Positions 1 through 12,639 of a stretch of DNA of 64,000 nucleotides are shown in pieces. A program made the translations under genes and the position numbers. The notes beneath the pieces are model-generated. The model was not told where the DNA came from. It searched no databases and was given only the letters and a program-made list of their open reading frames with translations. Source of the DNA: Camelus dromedarius (Eukaryota); assembly GCF_036321535.1 (NCBI RefSeq), contig NC_087447.1:40860001-40924000 (forward strand), written 5' to 3'. Numbering within the stretch: position 1 is the first letter of the stretch; each line of letters begins with the position of its first letter.

Positions 1-381
1 TAGGCCCGACACTTCAGTGTAGACACGGACAACAGCATCGAAATAACCAAATAAGGATTCATGTAATTTTTAGATAGTTAAAAATCCTTGCAGAAAAGTA
101 AGACAGGGCAGGTGACAGAACATGTAGGGGTGAAGGGGAGTGGATTGGAGGAGTGGGTTGATAAGGTGGTTAGGAAAAGCCTTTCTGAGGTTATGATGTC
201 CAAGCAGGGACTGAACTCAGGGAGTTGGCCCTGTAAAGACCAGGGGGAGATCTTTGATCTGAGAAGTACCATTGCAGAGACCCAGGGTTGGGGGAAGAAA
301 AGGCTTTAATCAAAGCCCATAGAGTCCTAGAAGAACCATGGATGGTCACTGGGGACTTCCTGACCCCCTTGAAATGGGCAG

Positions 382-440
382 TGTCTGTGTGTTTGCATGT
401 GTGTGTGCATATGTGTGTGCATGTGTTTGTGTGTGCGTGC
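382..440. repeat. Degenerate (TG)n/(TGCA) microsatellite
   Basis: tgtctgtgtgtttgcatgtgtgtgtgcatatgtgtgtgcatgtg... Confidence 0.8.
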
Positions 441-2544
441 ATTTTTTGGGGGGGAAAGACCTGTAGGTTTCATCAGACTCTGAGTTCTCTAAGATGCACA
501 AAGGGTAAATAACCATGGCATTGTTCCCTCCAGCCACAGGGGCAGAGAATTGTTAGCTAGCTGTCCAGCATCCTGCTTTGAATAGAATGGAAGCCTTCCC
601 TTTGGTGTCTGGGCAGCCAATGTCTTCCCTGCCAATCCCATGATCTGGGCCAGAAACAGCCTCCCTCTGGCTCCACCTGGCCAGCCTGCCAATTGCAGAT
701 TGGAGAGCCAGAGCTCTCACCTCTGTTGGCCCTTTTCAGCCTCACCAGAAACTTGTACCCTTGGGTTAAGTGGTGCCGGGCAGGAGTCCCTCCTTCCCGC
801 CCCAGCAGCACGTGCACATCTCTGCACCACCTGTGGGATTGTCCCTTTGCCTGGCTTCCAGCCTCGAGTTTTCTTTGTTCGTGACCCAGGCAGTCCATAA
901 TGCTGAGCAGGCTTCTGAGAGAGGTTTGTTTTCAGCTCCACCTCGGTAGTCTCCTCCTCTGTCTCATGGTCACCTCCCACACGTGCATTCTCTCCCCACC
1001 ATCCCCGCTGCTCTCCATAGTAACCGGTCCACGCGCTTCTCCTCTGGCTAATCTCTAAGCAAACCCTGCTCCCTCTCCTCACAATATATTACCCTGCTTG
1101 ATCCAGCTTTTGTGGATTCCAGGCCAGAATCAAGAAAGCCAAATGATGCTTGTGAACGCCATCAGCAGACCCAACTGATACCCCTTCCTGTTCTTTGCTC
1201 TTTCAGAGTCAGTAGGGAAAAAAAGCAGTAACAGTACCACTCAGTGATCCCAGTTCCCCTCAGCGTCCTGCCCAGGCTTTAGAGACGTGCCTCTGCGTGG
1301 GGTTGTCCACCTGTCCGGTGCCAGCTGGGTTAACAACAGGGGCGAGTGGCCGTCCCCAGGGAGGGGACGTCTCTCCCACCTGGCTGTGCCCACGGCAGGA
1401 AGCAGCAGTGCTGTCCCCGTACCCGCCAGTGCCAGGGAGTCTCCTTGGGATTTGGTGGACGTTCACATCAGGGTTAGGGGGACATGGTGGCTCTTTCCCC
1501 TGACCTTTGGTCAGTGTTCCAGCTCTCACCGCTGGCAGGAGGACCCCAAATTGAGGTTCCTGAAGATGCCCCCTGACCTTCCTTCTAGTTGCTGGGTCCC
1601 AGTTGGCCCATTTCATGGGATCATTGTGAAGATGAAATGAGGTACTGAAGGTGAAGCCCCCAGCACACAGTGGGTAGTCAGACAGGCTGCATTCCCTCCC
1701 TCTTCTCTTCTCTCTGCTTCCCCTGGGGCTGTTCCTCCACTTCTGGTCAGACGCAGCCACTCCACCCTGACCAGGCTTCCATCCGAGGCTCTCAGGGCTA
1801 CCGGTGCTGTAGATAGTCACAGGGGCACAACACCCATCCATACCCGGAGTTCTGATGGGATGCTCTTCAGGGCCCGGTTTGACAGGGACTGAATCTTATC
1901 TGAAGGTGGGTGTCTGGCAATATGTCCTCCATATTTTCACTGAATGAGTGAATGAAGGATTCGAGAAAGATGATAAAAAGCCCAGATTCTCAAGCTGGAG
2001 ACCCAAGCAGGCTGATGCTATCAGGCTGACTCTGTGTGTTGAGTTCTTTGCATGAGTCTGATTACCAGGCCAGATCCTGCTTGGGGGCTGGGCTGGCCTC
2101 CCACCTGGGGGACCCATGAGTTGTTTCCATGGTGAGAGCATCAGGCCTGGCTGCTTTGACTCCAGGTGTTCTGGGGAGCAAGGAACCCATCACAAGCCAG
2201 GCAAAGTCGGCATGTGGTCAGGAAGGGCCTCAGTGACCCTGGCAGAGGCTGCGCCCAGCTTTGTCCCGTCTCCATCCATGTCCTGCTGGCTCGGGCGATG
2301 GTCTCAACTCTGATTAGGGACCCAGGATAGGCCTGACTGAGGCTTGGAGCTGGGTAAGGAGCCTTTAATAATAAGTATTATTTGAGAAGAAAAAGCAAAA
2401 ACCTCACTTGTTTGGCTTTCTGGAAGAGGGCAATTCCTTTCGCTGGTACAGTGCATTTTTAAAGTAACAAATGGTTGGGAGGTCCATCCTTAGAGACGTT
2501 AAGTTGAGAGGACTCCAAATAAAGCTTCCTTACGACACCCTCAT

Positions 2545-3000
2545 ATTTTTTGGCCCAGCCTTGAAGGCCCCTTGCAACCTGCCCACCACATACATATCCA
2601 GCGTCTCTCCCCTCATTGAATCCTCACCCCTACACCATCACGCACATTCGGTGTGCCTGCCACTTACTGCTTCCCAAATGCACACATTCATGCCTCTTGG
2701 CTTTTAAGCACACTACGTTCTTCTTTCTGGGACACTTTTATCTGTCCCTGTCCTCTTCCTATATCAAAGCCCCTTCATCCATCCTTTTGAGACAGACTCA
2801 AATGTCATCCTGTGACGCATGTCCCATCCTGCGCTATATTATCACAGCACCTTGTGACAACCACTTTTAGAACACATTTCAATGCACAAAAATGATCTGT
2901 TCAGTTATTTCCTCCCACTACATTGTGAGCTTCTTAAGGGTGGAACGCTGTCTTCTGTTCCACATGCCCAGCCCCAAGCACCCGGCCTGCCTGTGCTGAG
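2545..3000 (+). mobile_element. L2 LINE 3' fragment
   Basis: Ends with the typical L2 3' segment ...cccactacattgtgagcttcttaagggtggaac...ccagccccaagcac... Confidence 0.55.
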
Positions 3001-3724
3001 AGATCAGTGAGTATCTGCCAGTGGAACACATGAGGGAAAGGAACACGACAGGAGGCGAAGTGAGGAAGAGGGAGATGTGGTCAATATTTGGGCATGTCTA
3101 TCAGAGAAGTAATATTTCTTGGGTTTTCTGAAGTAAGCCTTGCTAGAGGAATATGATGATATACGTTGCTGAAATAAAGGGGCCCGGAAAAAAATCAATA
3201 ATTCCAAAAGGCCCGCAAAAAAATGCGCTGGCAGCCTGCTAGCTGTGAAGGTTGCAGACGTTATGGAGGGCAGTTCCTTGGCAGGGTTATTCACCACCCT
3301 GTCCTGCAGCCTCCTGCCAGCGGCTGGTGCCCCGTGCTCACCTACGTCCTGCATTCTGGTATCACCTCTGGGCCTTGCAGCTCGACCTCCAGTCGCATTA
3401 AAGGAAGAGGAAGGTCTGTGCAGGGTGTACTGGGACGCCCATGTGGCCCGGGATGGAGCCCAGGAACCAGCTGATGTTAGCTGTCCATGTCGAGACACTG
3501 GCGAGGGCATCTTCTTAGTCCTAGGCACTGAACTGAAAATGGCAAAACAAAAAACAGTGCTCTCAGCAGCTGATTGTTTTGATTTACACTTGGGAGCCGG
3601 CGCAGCCTCAGCAGATGCACAAAGTGAGACCGATGAGACACGCTGAAGCGCCCAGCGCAGAGCCTGGGCTGATGCTCGTTGCCGGCACCCTCCCGCTGCT
3701 AGTCCCAAAGGTAGGATATGCGTT

Positions 3725-4385
3725 AGGACATGGACTCTGGGGCCAAACTGCCACACTTGGAATGTCGGCTCCACCAATTGCAAGTTATAGACACACCTCA
3801 CTTTATTGCACTTTGCAGATATTGTGGTTTTTACAAATTGAAGGTTTGTGGCAATCCTGCATTGGGCAAGTCTGTCAGCACCGTTTTCCCAACAGCATTT
3901 GCTGACTTCATGTCTCTGTATCACATTTTGGTAATTCCCTCAATATTTCAAATCCTCTACCAGCAAAAAAATTATGACTTGCTGAAGGCTCAAGTGGCAG
4001 CCTTTTATAGCAATAAAGTATTTTTTAATTAAGTAATGCACATTATTTTTTTAGCAGCAATGCTATTGCACTCTTAACAGACTACAGTATAGCGTAAACA
4101 CAACTTTTTAGTGCACTGAGAAACCAAAAACATTGACATGACTCATTGTATTGTGCTATTCGCTACTGTTGTGATGATCTGGAACCAGACCCACAATATC
4201 TCTGAGGTATGCACATACTTGAACTTGGACAAGTTACTTAACCTCTTTGTGCCTCAGTTTCCTCATCTATAAAATGGGTTACTAGTAACCCTTACCTAAT
4301 AGAGTTCTTATAAGTGTTCAATGATTTAATAACAATAAAGCCTTGCACATAGAAATTGCCCCAAAAGGTATTGTTGAGTAAGTGA
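3725..4385 (+). mobile_element. MIR SINE split by a Tigger1 insertion
   Basis: 5' part ggactctggggccaaactgcc... lies before 3786. The core ttggacaagttacttaacctctttgtgcctcagtttcctcatctataaaatggg resumes after 4217. Confidence 0.8.
3788..4215 (+). mobile_element. Tigger1-derived non-autonomous DNA transposon (Tigger1a-like internal deletion derivative)
   Basis: Both degenerate termini are present (tagacacacctc...gaggtatgcaca) and flanked by TA. Internal tttacaaattgaaggtttgtggcaa matches the Tigger1 5' end. Confidence 0.88.
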
Positions 4386-6077
4386 ATGACAGGTTGGGAT
4401 GGGAAGGGGGTTGGGGACTGACTATGAAGTGGCCAGAGGGTGAGTGACCCCTGGAGAGGAGCAGTGGTGTCCTGTGCCTGGGGAAGTCCCAGGGCAATTT
4501 GCTGCCAGACTAGCTCTCGCAAATACTGCAGGGGTCCCTGCTCCCAGCCTAGGCCCCTCCCTCTGAAAGGGAGGAAGGGAACAAAGGAGTGCAGACTAAT
4601 GAGCAAATACTAGTTCTACTTATTAAGTACTTACCACATGCCAGGCATTACCTCACCGAGCTCTACAGCAACCAAGAGGTAGATAACAATATCCCCATCT
4701 CAAAGATAAGGGAACTGAGGCTCAAAGAAGTTAAGTCACATGCTCAAAGTCACACCACTGCTTAACGGCCACACTGGGGATTCAGCTGAGGTCTGCCTCT
4801 CCCCTGAGTCCTTGTTCTTTCTGCTCCATGTGACATCTTTCAATAAAGAAATAAAAACTCGAGGGCTTAAGGGCAGAGCAGCTCTGCCTGGCCACCCACC
4901 CCTTCATGGGATCCTTCGCTTTGAGAACAGATTACCCGAAGGTGTTCTGGAGCTGAGGGAAATAGCATCAAACCTCCTGATCTGACAGGCAACGGCAGCG
5001 GGCTGGGGTGTAAACATGCCCGTGAAGCCCACTGGGTCTCCTGAGTTGTGAATCGGCCAGGCTGAGGCTGTCAGTCACACAACCTGAGCAGCAGTGATCT
5101 GCACAAGTACAGAGCTGACTTACAGCCTGGGGGAGCCTTCGCTCTTTCTCCAGAGGATGCTTAAGGCTGCACCCGCAGGTCTTGGACCTTAAAGCCTCAT
5201 GTCAGTCCTCACTGGTTGCCTGGAGCACATCAGTGTTTCAGAGGCCTCATGTCTGCTTTCCAAGGAGGAAAAAATCTCCCTCACCTTAGCCTTTCCTTCC
5301 TAAAGGAGGAAGAGCTGCAGGGGAAGTCTTCCTAAAAAACATGAGCTGGGTCAGATGAGGCAGGAAGAATGTTCCAAGCAGAGAAAGCAGTTAGTGCAAA
5401 GGTACTGTGGCACCACTGAGCTTGGTGTGTTTGGGAACATGACTTGTGCACAGTCTGGCAGAGCAGGCTGAGAAGCAAGGAGGGGCCAGGACCTGTGACC
5501 CTGCACACCAACAGCAATAGCAGGGGATGGGGAGTGGGGGGTGGGCATTAGGGGAGCTGTAACTCTGGTATTTACAGAAGCTTAGACTCCTATGATCTCA
5601 GGGTCATGGAAATTAGTATCAAAGCATCAGACTCTAGAGATCCTAGAATCTTGAAATTTTGGACTCATAATCATAAAGTCTCGGGCTCTCCTTCATGAGA
5701 TTTTAATCATTAATTTTCTTAGCTAGGCAGCACTTAAACTCTCCAAGTCTTGCACAAAATAAGTTAGCACCCAAATACTCATTGGTCTCCGTCCTTACCC
5801 AGTGCTGGCACACAGGGATCGGAGAGCCTGGGCCTGGCCTTCCCGGGGTCACCTTTGCCTGATGGGACACCCAGAGGGCTTGTTCTCAGCTTGGATTTAA
5901 CCTGCGGTGAGATGTTGCGGTCCAGAATTTCCTAAGGCTTTGAGTTCGTGGTTACGTCCTCCCCAGAAGCTCACAAGAAGCTTACCTACCTGGCACCTCT
6001 GAGCTGGAAGGGCTGGACTGGAGCTATGTTGGCTCTGTCTGGACACAGCTGACATTAATCAGCCCTCATGGCATTTT

Positions 6078-6160
6078 GTTTTTTTCAATGGAGGTACTGG
6101 GGATTGAACCCAGTACCTGCTAAACACATGCTCTACCGCTGAGCTATTACCCTCCCCACA
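6078..6160 (-). mobile_element. tRNA-derived SINE (camelid Vic-1-like), short copy
   Basis: gaggtactggggattgaacccag...ctctaccgctgagcta is the reverse complement of pol III B/A boxes. Likely TSD CAYGGCATTTT at 6067-6077 and 6167-6177. Confidence 0.85.
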
Positions 6161-6740
6161 TCCTCCCACGGCATTTTTTAATAAGTCCTGGGATTCCTAC
6201 TGAAAACCATCCGAGTAGTAGGAGAATCTGATGCCCTTCACACAATTTTACACCCTTTGGGCTGCTGCCTCACCTTTGCTTTATAGGAATTTCCTCCTCA
6301 CGTGGCCCCAGGGAGAGCAGAGGCAAACTGGCCACTTTCCAAGGTCACTTAGCGCATGAAGACAACTGAGTTCTACTAGTCCATTATTCTCATTTTCATT
6401 TTCTGAATTACTCAGGGTGGAGGAATGGAGAGCCTGGCGCTCTGGTCCTGGGGGAGGAGGAGGTGGATTCTCTTCCTGGCTGTGCCAATTTGGCAATTCT
6501 GGGTATGTCCGGAGCAAAGAAAGCATGAGCATTCAGAAGCCCCTGCGTGGAGCTGAAGGGGGAGGGGGGCAAGGACCTGGACCCCAGGCCAGCCCTTGAG
6601 GAACAGCAGATGAGTCTGCAACATTTTGTCTTCTGTGCGACGTTGGATTCCCGGGTATAATTGCATTGTGAATCCAAAGGCAAGTAGCAAGCACTCTAGG
6701 AAACCCTCATCCAGACTGAGGCCCTTTTTTCTCAGAAAAA

Positions 6741-6872
6741 TTTGTGTTTTGTTTATTTTGCAGGGGGAGGTAATTACATCTATTTATTTATTTAAATGGA
6801 GGTACCAGGGATTGAACCCAGGACGTCACGCATGCTCAGCGTGCACTCTCCCACCGAGCCATACCCTCCCTC
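6741..6872 (-). mobile_element. tRNA-derived SINE (camelid Vic-1-like)
   Basis: gggggaggtaatta...tttatttattt...gaggtaccagggattgaacccagg...gcactctcccaccgagccataccctccc. Confidence 0.85.
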
Positions 6873-7769
6873 TCCCCACTTCCCTCATTTCATGATCTTG
6901 CTTGCTCGGGGATTTGTATCTCAGGGAAGCTGGATTTTGTGTGTAAATATGCTATCCACCTTCCCATCTAAAGGAAACCGAGTTTAGCAGTCTAATACAT
7001 TCCCTTGGGTTCTAAGGATATACAGTCGTAAAAAGAGGACGTTGTCTTCCTGGAATGAATCAGTGATCTTAGAATGCTGTTGCGGCCTGAGACCCGCGGC
7101 TCCTTTGGCAGGCTGTGGGGCAGAGTGACAGAGAGCAAAGTCTTTAGAATCGGACAGGCGCGAGTTTGAATCCCTGCCCATTCCTTACGGTCTGTGTCAT
7201 CTTGGGTATGTCATTTCAAGTCTGATCCTCCAGCTTCCTCCTTTGTCATTTGGAGATAATGATATGTGGGATTACGGACATGGACTTGAGCTGGGGTGCC
7301 TGGGTTTGCATCCCAGCCCTCCCTCTTCTAGCTCTGGGACACTGAGCCAATCCTTCCACTTCTCTGTGCTCTGATTTCCTACTCTATGGGACGGGGATAA
7401 AAATATTGCCTGCCTTGGGTAGTATGATGGTTGTTGAGAGGATTGAATGAGTCATATATAAATCCGGTTTAGACCAGTACCTGGCACGTGGTGAGCTCTA
7501 AATAAATTCACCTTAGCCATAAATGTCATGGTTTGCAGGGTGGTAGTGAGATTTCAATATGGTGAGAATCTAGAATAATGTACAGTACTTCATATGCACT
7601 TAATATATAATTGCTGAATGAATGAAGAAAGAATGGGGTGGATTGATGTAAAGCCCTGAGCATGGTGCCCATTATACAGTGAGTGAAGGGAGGCAGCCAC
7701 TGAACTGCAGCCTCTCTGCCTTGGGCGCTGGAACCAGGGTGCTGGGACTGTCCTGGGCCATTGCCAGAT

Positions 7770-8085
7770 GATCATGCACATCCTTTTCCCAACTCCAAGC
7801 CAGTGGCATCAGGTGAGTAGCCTGAAATCAGCTATGGTGGGAGAGTATTTACACTGCAGACACTGGCAAATGTTATAAATCAGTTTTTTTTTTAATTGAA
7901 GTATAGCCAGTGTGAATTACAATGTGTCAATTTCTGGTATACAACATAATATTTCAATCATATATTTACATACATATATTCGTTTTCATATTATTTTCCA
8001 TTAAAGATTACTAATACATGAGATTTCTGTTTGTTGTTCTTGAGAGAGAGAGAGAAGAAGAGTTAAACATTGATTGGCATCCAAC
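7770..8085 (-). mobile_element. MER63-like hAT element interrupted by a short L1 3' end
   Basis: gaaatcagctatggtgggagagtatttacac...ggcaaatgttataaatcag, and after the insert gttaaacatt... Confidence 0.6.
7884..8012 (-). mobile_element. Heavily 5'-truncated young L1 3' end
   Basis: polyT + aattgaagtatag...ttacaatgtgtcaatttctggtatacaac; same family as 11187-11697. Confidence 0.8.
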
Positions 8086-10039
8086 ACATATCCCTGACTG
8101 GCCAGGGGGCTGTTTTTATATCATCTGCCACAATCATCTTTAGAGACCAGTTTGGCCATTTTGTTGCAGGATACAGGGTCTTTGGGAAAATAAGTCATTT
8201 TGGAGCAGATAGGAGGGGATTAGTGGATGTTGAGAGTCTGGCTTTGGAGACCCCACTGAGGAGTGCGAATTTCATGTGGGTTTTGATGGTCACTAATGCC
8301 TGGCTATGACATGGAAGAGCAGACCCAGACACAGATGGCTGGATCTGTTAGGTGGTAATCCTGGGACTTGCAATAGCCGAAGTAATGCTTGGAACGTCCC
8401 AGGAAGATTGTGATACTCTGCCTGGACCCTGTAACCGTATTTTTTATGCCTCTGTGAGGGCTCCTAGATGTAGCCCTTCTCCAAGTCCTGAGGAAGGAGA
8501 ACCATTTAAGGTCATTCCAGATCTACTTCAGTGCCAACTGACTTCGAAGAAGCGCAGCTATTAAAGGAGCTGGACAGAAGTGCAGCTGTGAAGTGTATGG
8601 GGCAGAAGAATGAACGGCGTGGAAGGCATCTGTAAACTGCCCAGGACTCAGAAGCTTGTCTGGAGTGATCTTAAAGAGAGAGGAATGCACCAGACAGGCT
8701 GCCCCTGGGCTGGGGCCTCCAGCTGGGCTAGTCTTCTGGGGTCGCAGTGTCCAAGCCCATCATCATTCATCAGCAGGACCTTCTGAGTCCAGAATCGCCC
8801 TCCAGATTCTTCAGGGGTGGGAATAGATGTGGGCTAGCATCTTTTTATTTTTTAGCTCCCCAGGTGAGTGTCAGCCAGGTTTGACAACCCTTGCATCCTA
8901 ATGAATAATCTCTCTTTTAAAGTGTGTTGACACATCATTTGTGTTTCAATGGCCCTAAATGGCTTTAGAGGAAAGCCAGTTAATCTTGTGATCTGAGAAA
9001 GACCGGCTACTGTTCAGTCTTGGAGGAATAAACAGAAACGTGCTGTGCTTTTCATCTTTAAATTAGCACCACTGGCGACTAGCAATTATTAGCACTTCTC
9101 AGCGGAGGTGTTCACACTCCCCTCCCAGGCAACTGGAGAGAGCAGGTGGCAACTCTAATCCAGGTTGGGTTTTGAGGGACAGCATGAGTAGAAGCAGGGC
9201 TGGCTGGCTTGAAACTGTGGGGACGGGTGGAAGGGACAGAAGACAGTGCCTTGTGCAGAGGGCAGCTGGGGACCTACAGGGGACAGTCCAAAGCATCAGA
9301 TCAAAAGATGGCCATGTAGAGAAACCAACTGCTAAGTGAAGGGCCCGCAACCGAGGGTAGCAAGATGGAGCCCATAGGCTTGGGAGAATGAAGAGATAAA
9401 CTATCTGGCCAGGTAGTAAGGGAGCCTTTTTCAGACAGAGTCTGAGTCTCTGTTAAGAGCTGGAACCACACATAATTCCTGGCCCTAAAGCTCATCTTTG
9501 TTTCTTTCAGAGCTCATCAGAATCTCACAGGGAGCTGGTAGGAAATTCAGAATCTCTGGTCCCTCCCCAGACTGTAGGAACCTGTTTTAACGGGCTGATT
9601 CGTATATAGTCCCGCTTTTTATCCTAGGAAGGCTATGTATAGTATAGAGGTGAAGAGGATGGATTCTGGGGACAGCCCAGGTGGATTTAAATCCTGACTC
9701 CATCATTTACTCTCTGGGTCACATTGTGCCTTAATTTCCTTATCTGTGAAATAGGATGATAATAAATAGTTACTACAGTATAGTGTTGTCAAAAGGCTTA
9801 AATGAGATAATAGATGCAAAGTGCTTAGAATAGTGCCTGGTGCATCATTTTTATTATTATTTCCTTTATTAAACATTAACCAGTTAATGCAGAGAGGGAG
9901 GGCTAGGGGGACATACGTCATCATGCACATATACATACAGATCACACATGGGTCAAGGGTTCAACACTCACATACTTTCGAGGGTCAGGCAAGAGGGCAG
10001 CAACTGGTGAAGGCCTTAGTGACTTGTAGAAGGTATGGC

Positions 10040-10950
10040 TGTCTTAGTTTGGGTTCTCCCAGAAGCAGACGCTGGGACAGGAGTCAAGGCCAAGGCATTT
10101 GCCTGGTAGCTGACCCCAGGGAACAGTGATGAGGGAGTGGGGACATGAGACAGGGCAGCGAAGTAAGCTAATACTGTGAGCATCACAACAAGGTACCCTG
10201 GTGGCCCCTCACAGCCCAGTCCTCCTGGGAACCATTAGGAGGCTGTGTACCACCTACGTCAGCCCTGTCCCACCTGAGAGGTCAGGAAGCCGGGATGTAT
10301 TCATTTCCTAAGGCTGCTGTGGCCAAAACACAGGACCACCAACAGGGTGGCTTCAACAATAGAAATTGTCTCATGGTTCTGGAGGCCAGGAGTCCAAGAT
10401 CAAAGTGTTTCTAGGGCTGTGATGGCCAAGCAGTTCCACACCTCTCCCCTAGCTTCTGGTGGTTTGCCAGCATCCTTTGGCCTTCCTTGGTTTGGAGAGG
10501 CACACTCCAGTCTATGCCTTTGTTGTCAGGTGGCGTTCCCCCTGTTTGCCTCCGTCTTCACATGGCGTGTCCTTGTAAGGACAGTAGCCATATTGAAAGA
10601 AGGGCCAACTTTACTCCAGCAGACCTCATCTTAACCTATTAATTCTGCCACAACCCTGCTTCCAGATCAGGTCACATTCTGAGGTTCCGGGGATTAGGAC
10701 TTTGACATATGGATTTGGTGGGGACACAATTCAGCCTATAACATGGGGTATTTGTTCCCCAACTCCTAGCCCTAATTGATGGTGGGCTGCAGGCAGCAAC
10801 TCCAGAGCACTCCCAGCTTGCCCCCAGGGCAGGCCGAGCATGCTCCTGTGGGCAGAGAAAGCCTTCTGGCAGAGAGGAGGAAACCAGCAGTGTGTGTGGG
10901 AAGGTGAGTGCCTGGGGGATGTGGGTGGAGCATTAAAACGTGTGCAGGCC
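10040..10950. mobile_element. Old ERVL LTR (LTR16-like) split by an MLT1 LTR
   Basis: Starts tgtcttagtttgggttctcccagaagcagac. ggtatttgttccccaactcc resumes after 10743. Confidence 0.55.
10296..10743 (-). mobile_element. MaLR solo LTR (MLT1 family)
   Basis: tgtattcatttcctaaggctgc...ttctggaggccaggagtccaagatcaaagtg...ggggacacaattcagcctataaca; TG...CA ends. Confidence 0.85.
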
Positions 10951-11186
10951 CTTCTGAGCGCAGGCCCTATGAGACAGTGCACAGCTGTGAAGCCGGCCAG
11001 CCCGCGAGACCTGTTCAGAGCCCTTCTCAAGGGGCAGCTCCTTCTCAGCTCCAGCAGTTATCAATCACCAAGCCAAAGAAATCTGTCTCTGAGCAGACGC
11101 AACCCCAGGGCTGCCAATTGGAAAACTATACAAAAGTACATACTCAGATTTCCAGAATGGGGTCTCCGTGAATTGAGAGCTGTGCA

Positions 11187-11697
11187 TATATTTATACAAT
11201 GGAATACTACTCAATGATAAAAAAAAAAGAATAAAATAATGCCATTTGCAGCAACATGGATGGACCTGGAGATCATCATTCTAAGTAAAGTAAGCCAGAA
11301 AGAGAAAGAAAAATACCATATGGTATATGTGCAATCTTAAAAAAAAGAAGAAGGAAAAAGAGGACACTAATGAACTCATCTACAAAACAGAAACAGACTC
11401 TCAGACATAGTAAGCACTTTTATGGTTAGTGGGGCAAAGTGGGTGGGAAAGGATAAATTTGGGAATTTGAGATTTGCAAAGGTTAACCTTTGCATATATA
11501 TAAAAATAGATAAAAAGCAGATTTCTTCTGTATAGCACAGGGGACTATATTCAATATCTTGTAATAACCTTTAATGAAAAAGAATATGAAAACAAATATA
11601 TGTATGTATATGCATGACTGGGACATCGTGCTGTACACCAGAAATTGATGCATTGTAACTGACTGTACTTCAATAATAAACAAACAAACAAATAAAA
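11187..11697 (+). mobile_element. 5'-truncated young L1 3' end (camelid-type)
   Basis: aatggaatactactca...gccatttgcagcaacatggatggacctggag...gactgtacttcaataataaacaaacaaac A-rich tail. Confidence 0.92.
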
Positions 11698-11705
11698 GAG
11701 CACTG

Positions 11706-11815
11706 TGCAAGGTTTCTCAGCGTTGACATTTTGAACTGGCTAATTCCCGATTGTGGAGGGCTGTCATGTGCATTGCAGGATGTTTAGCAGCCTCCATGCC
11801 TAGTAGCATCCTCCT
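11706..11815. mobile_element. MER20 (hAT-Charlie) fragment
   Basis: ggtttctcag...ttgacattttg...gggctgtcatgtgcattgcaggatgtttagcagc. Confidence 0.75.
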
Positions 11816-11817
11816 TA

Positions 11818-11888
11818 CTTTTTTTCTCTTTAATTGAAGTTTAGTCGGTTTACAATGTAATGTCAGTTTCTGGTGCACAGTATAGTGT
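11818..11888 (-). mobile_element. Tiny L1 3'-terminal fragment
   Basis: tttaattgaagtttagtcggtttacaatg...tttctggtgcacagtata. Confidence 0.75.
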
Positions 11889-12639
11889 TCATCTGAGCAT
11901 AGAGGGGTGGATGAGGAGCTGGACCTGGTTCTCCATGGTAAGCTGGGCAGGCTGTTTTACAAGGATGCTGGGCAGCTGCCTTCCAAAGAATAAAGCCCTA
12001 TCAGGCCCCAATCTCCTGATCCTTTATTTTCTTTTATGCAAGAGAGAAAGAATGTCTCATTAGGTGTTTAAATCAGATTAACAGCCATTGGTACCAGACT
12101 TCTGCTCAGCCTGCATTTTGTTTCTTTTGGGGTGACCCCTTGGAGCTAATCGCTTTTTATGGGAATAGTACAAGGGGCATATGTAAAGAGGGAAGAAAGC
12201 ACTCTGTTTAACCAGACTGGTGCATTTTTCATTTTCACTTGGTGTCTGAGTCTGCAGGAGGGGAGGAGACCAGCAGCCTGCATGTAGCTGGCTCTGAGGG
12301 GAGGCACCAGCTGGGATGGTGAGGAGTGGCCTGTGACCCCCTAAGTGAAGAACAGTGTTTCATCAGCAAGGCTTCCAGGAGTGCTGATTTACAGAGGTCG
12401 TTTAGATGTCAGCAGAACAGGGATTTGTGGACAGCAGGAGAGGGCTGGAGGAGCAACACAAGCAGGATGACACCTGGCCCCATGCAGGGTGCAAGTTGTG
12501 TTTCTCTGCCACCATTGGCTAGTTACAGCTCTGCCATTGATTCTAAATCTGACAAAATCTCAGAGAGCAGACTCCCTACCTCCACTTTCCCCAACACATT
12601 AAAACAAACATGAAACACAGCCTTCTCCTTCTTTCCGCA

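Noticed and set aside
3004..3924. Longest ORF in the track (306 aa, - strand)
   Set aside because: Starts in antisense Tigger1 sequence and runs through a MIR. No recognisable domain; a chance ORF.
6078..6872. tRNA-like A/B boxes on the - strand
   Set aside because: These are SINE heads with AT-rich tails (one with a TSD), not intact cloverleaf tRNA genes.
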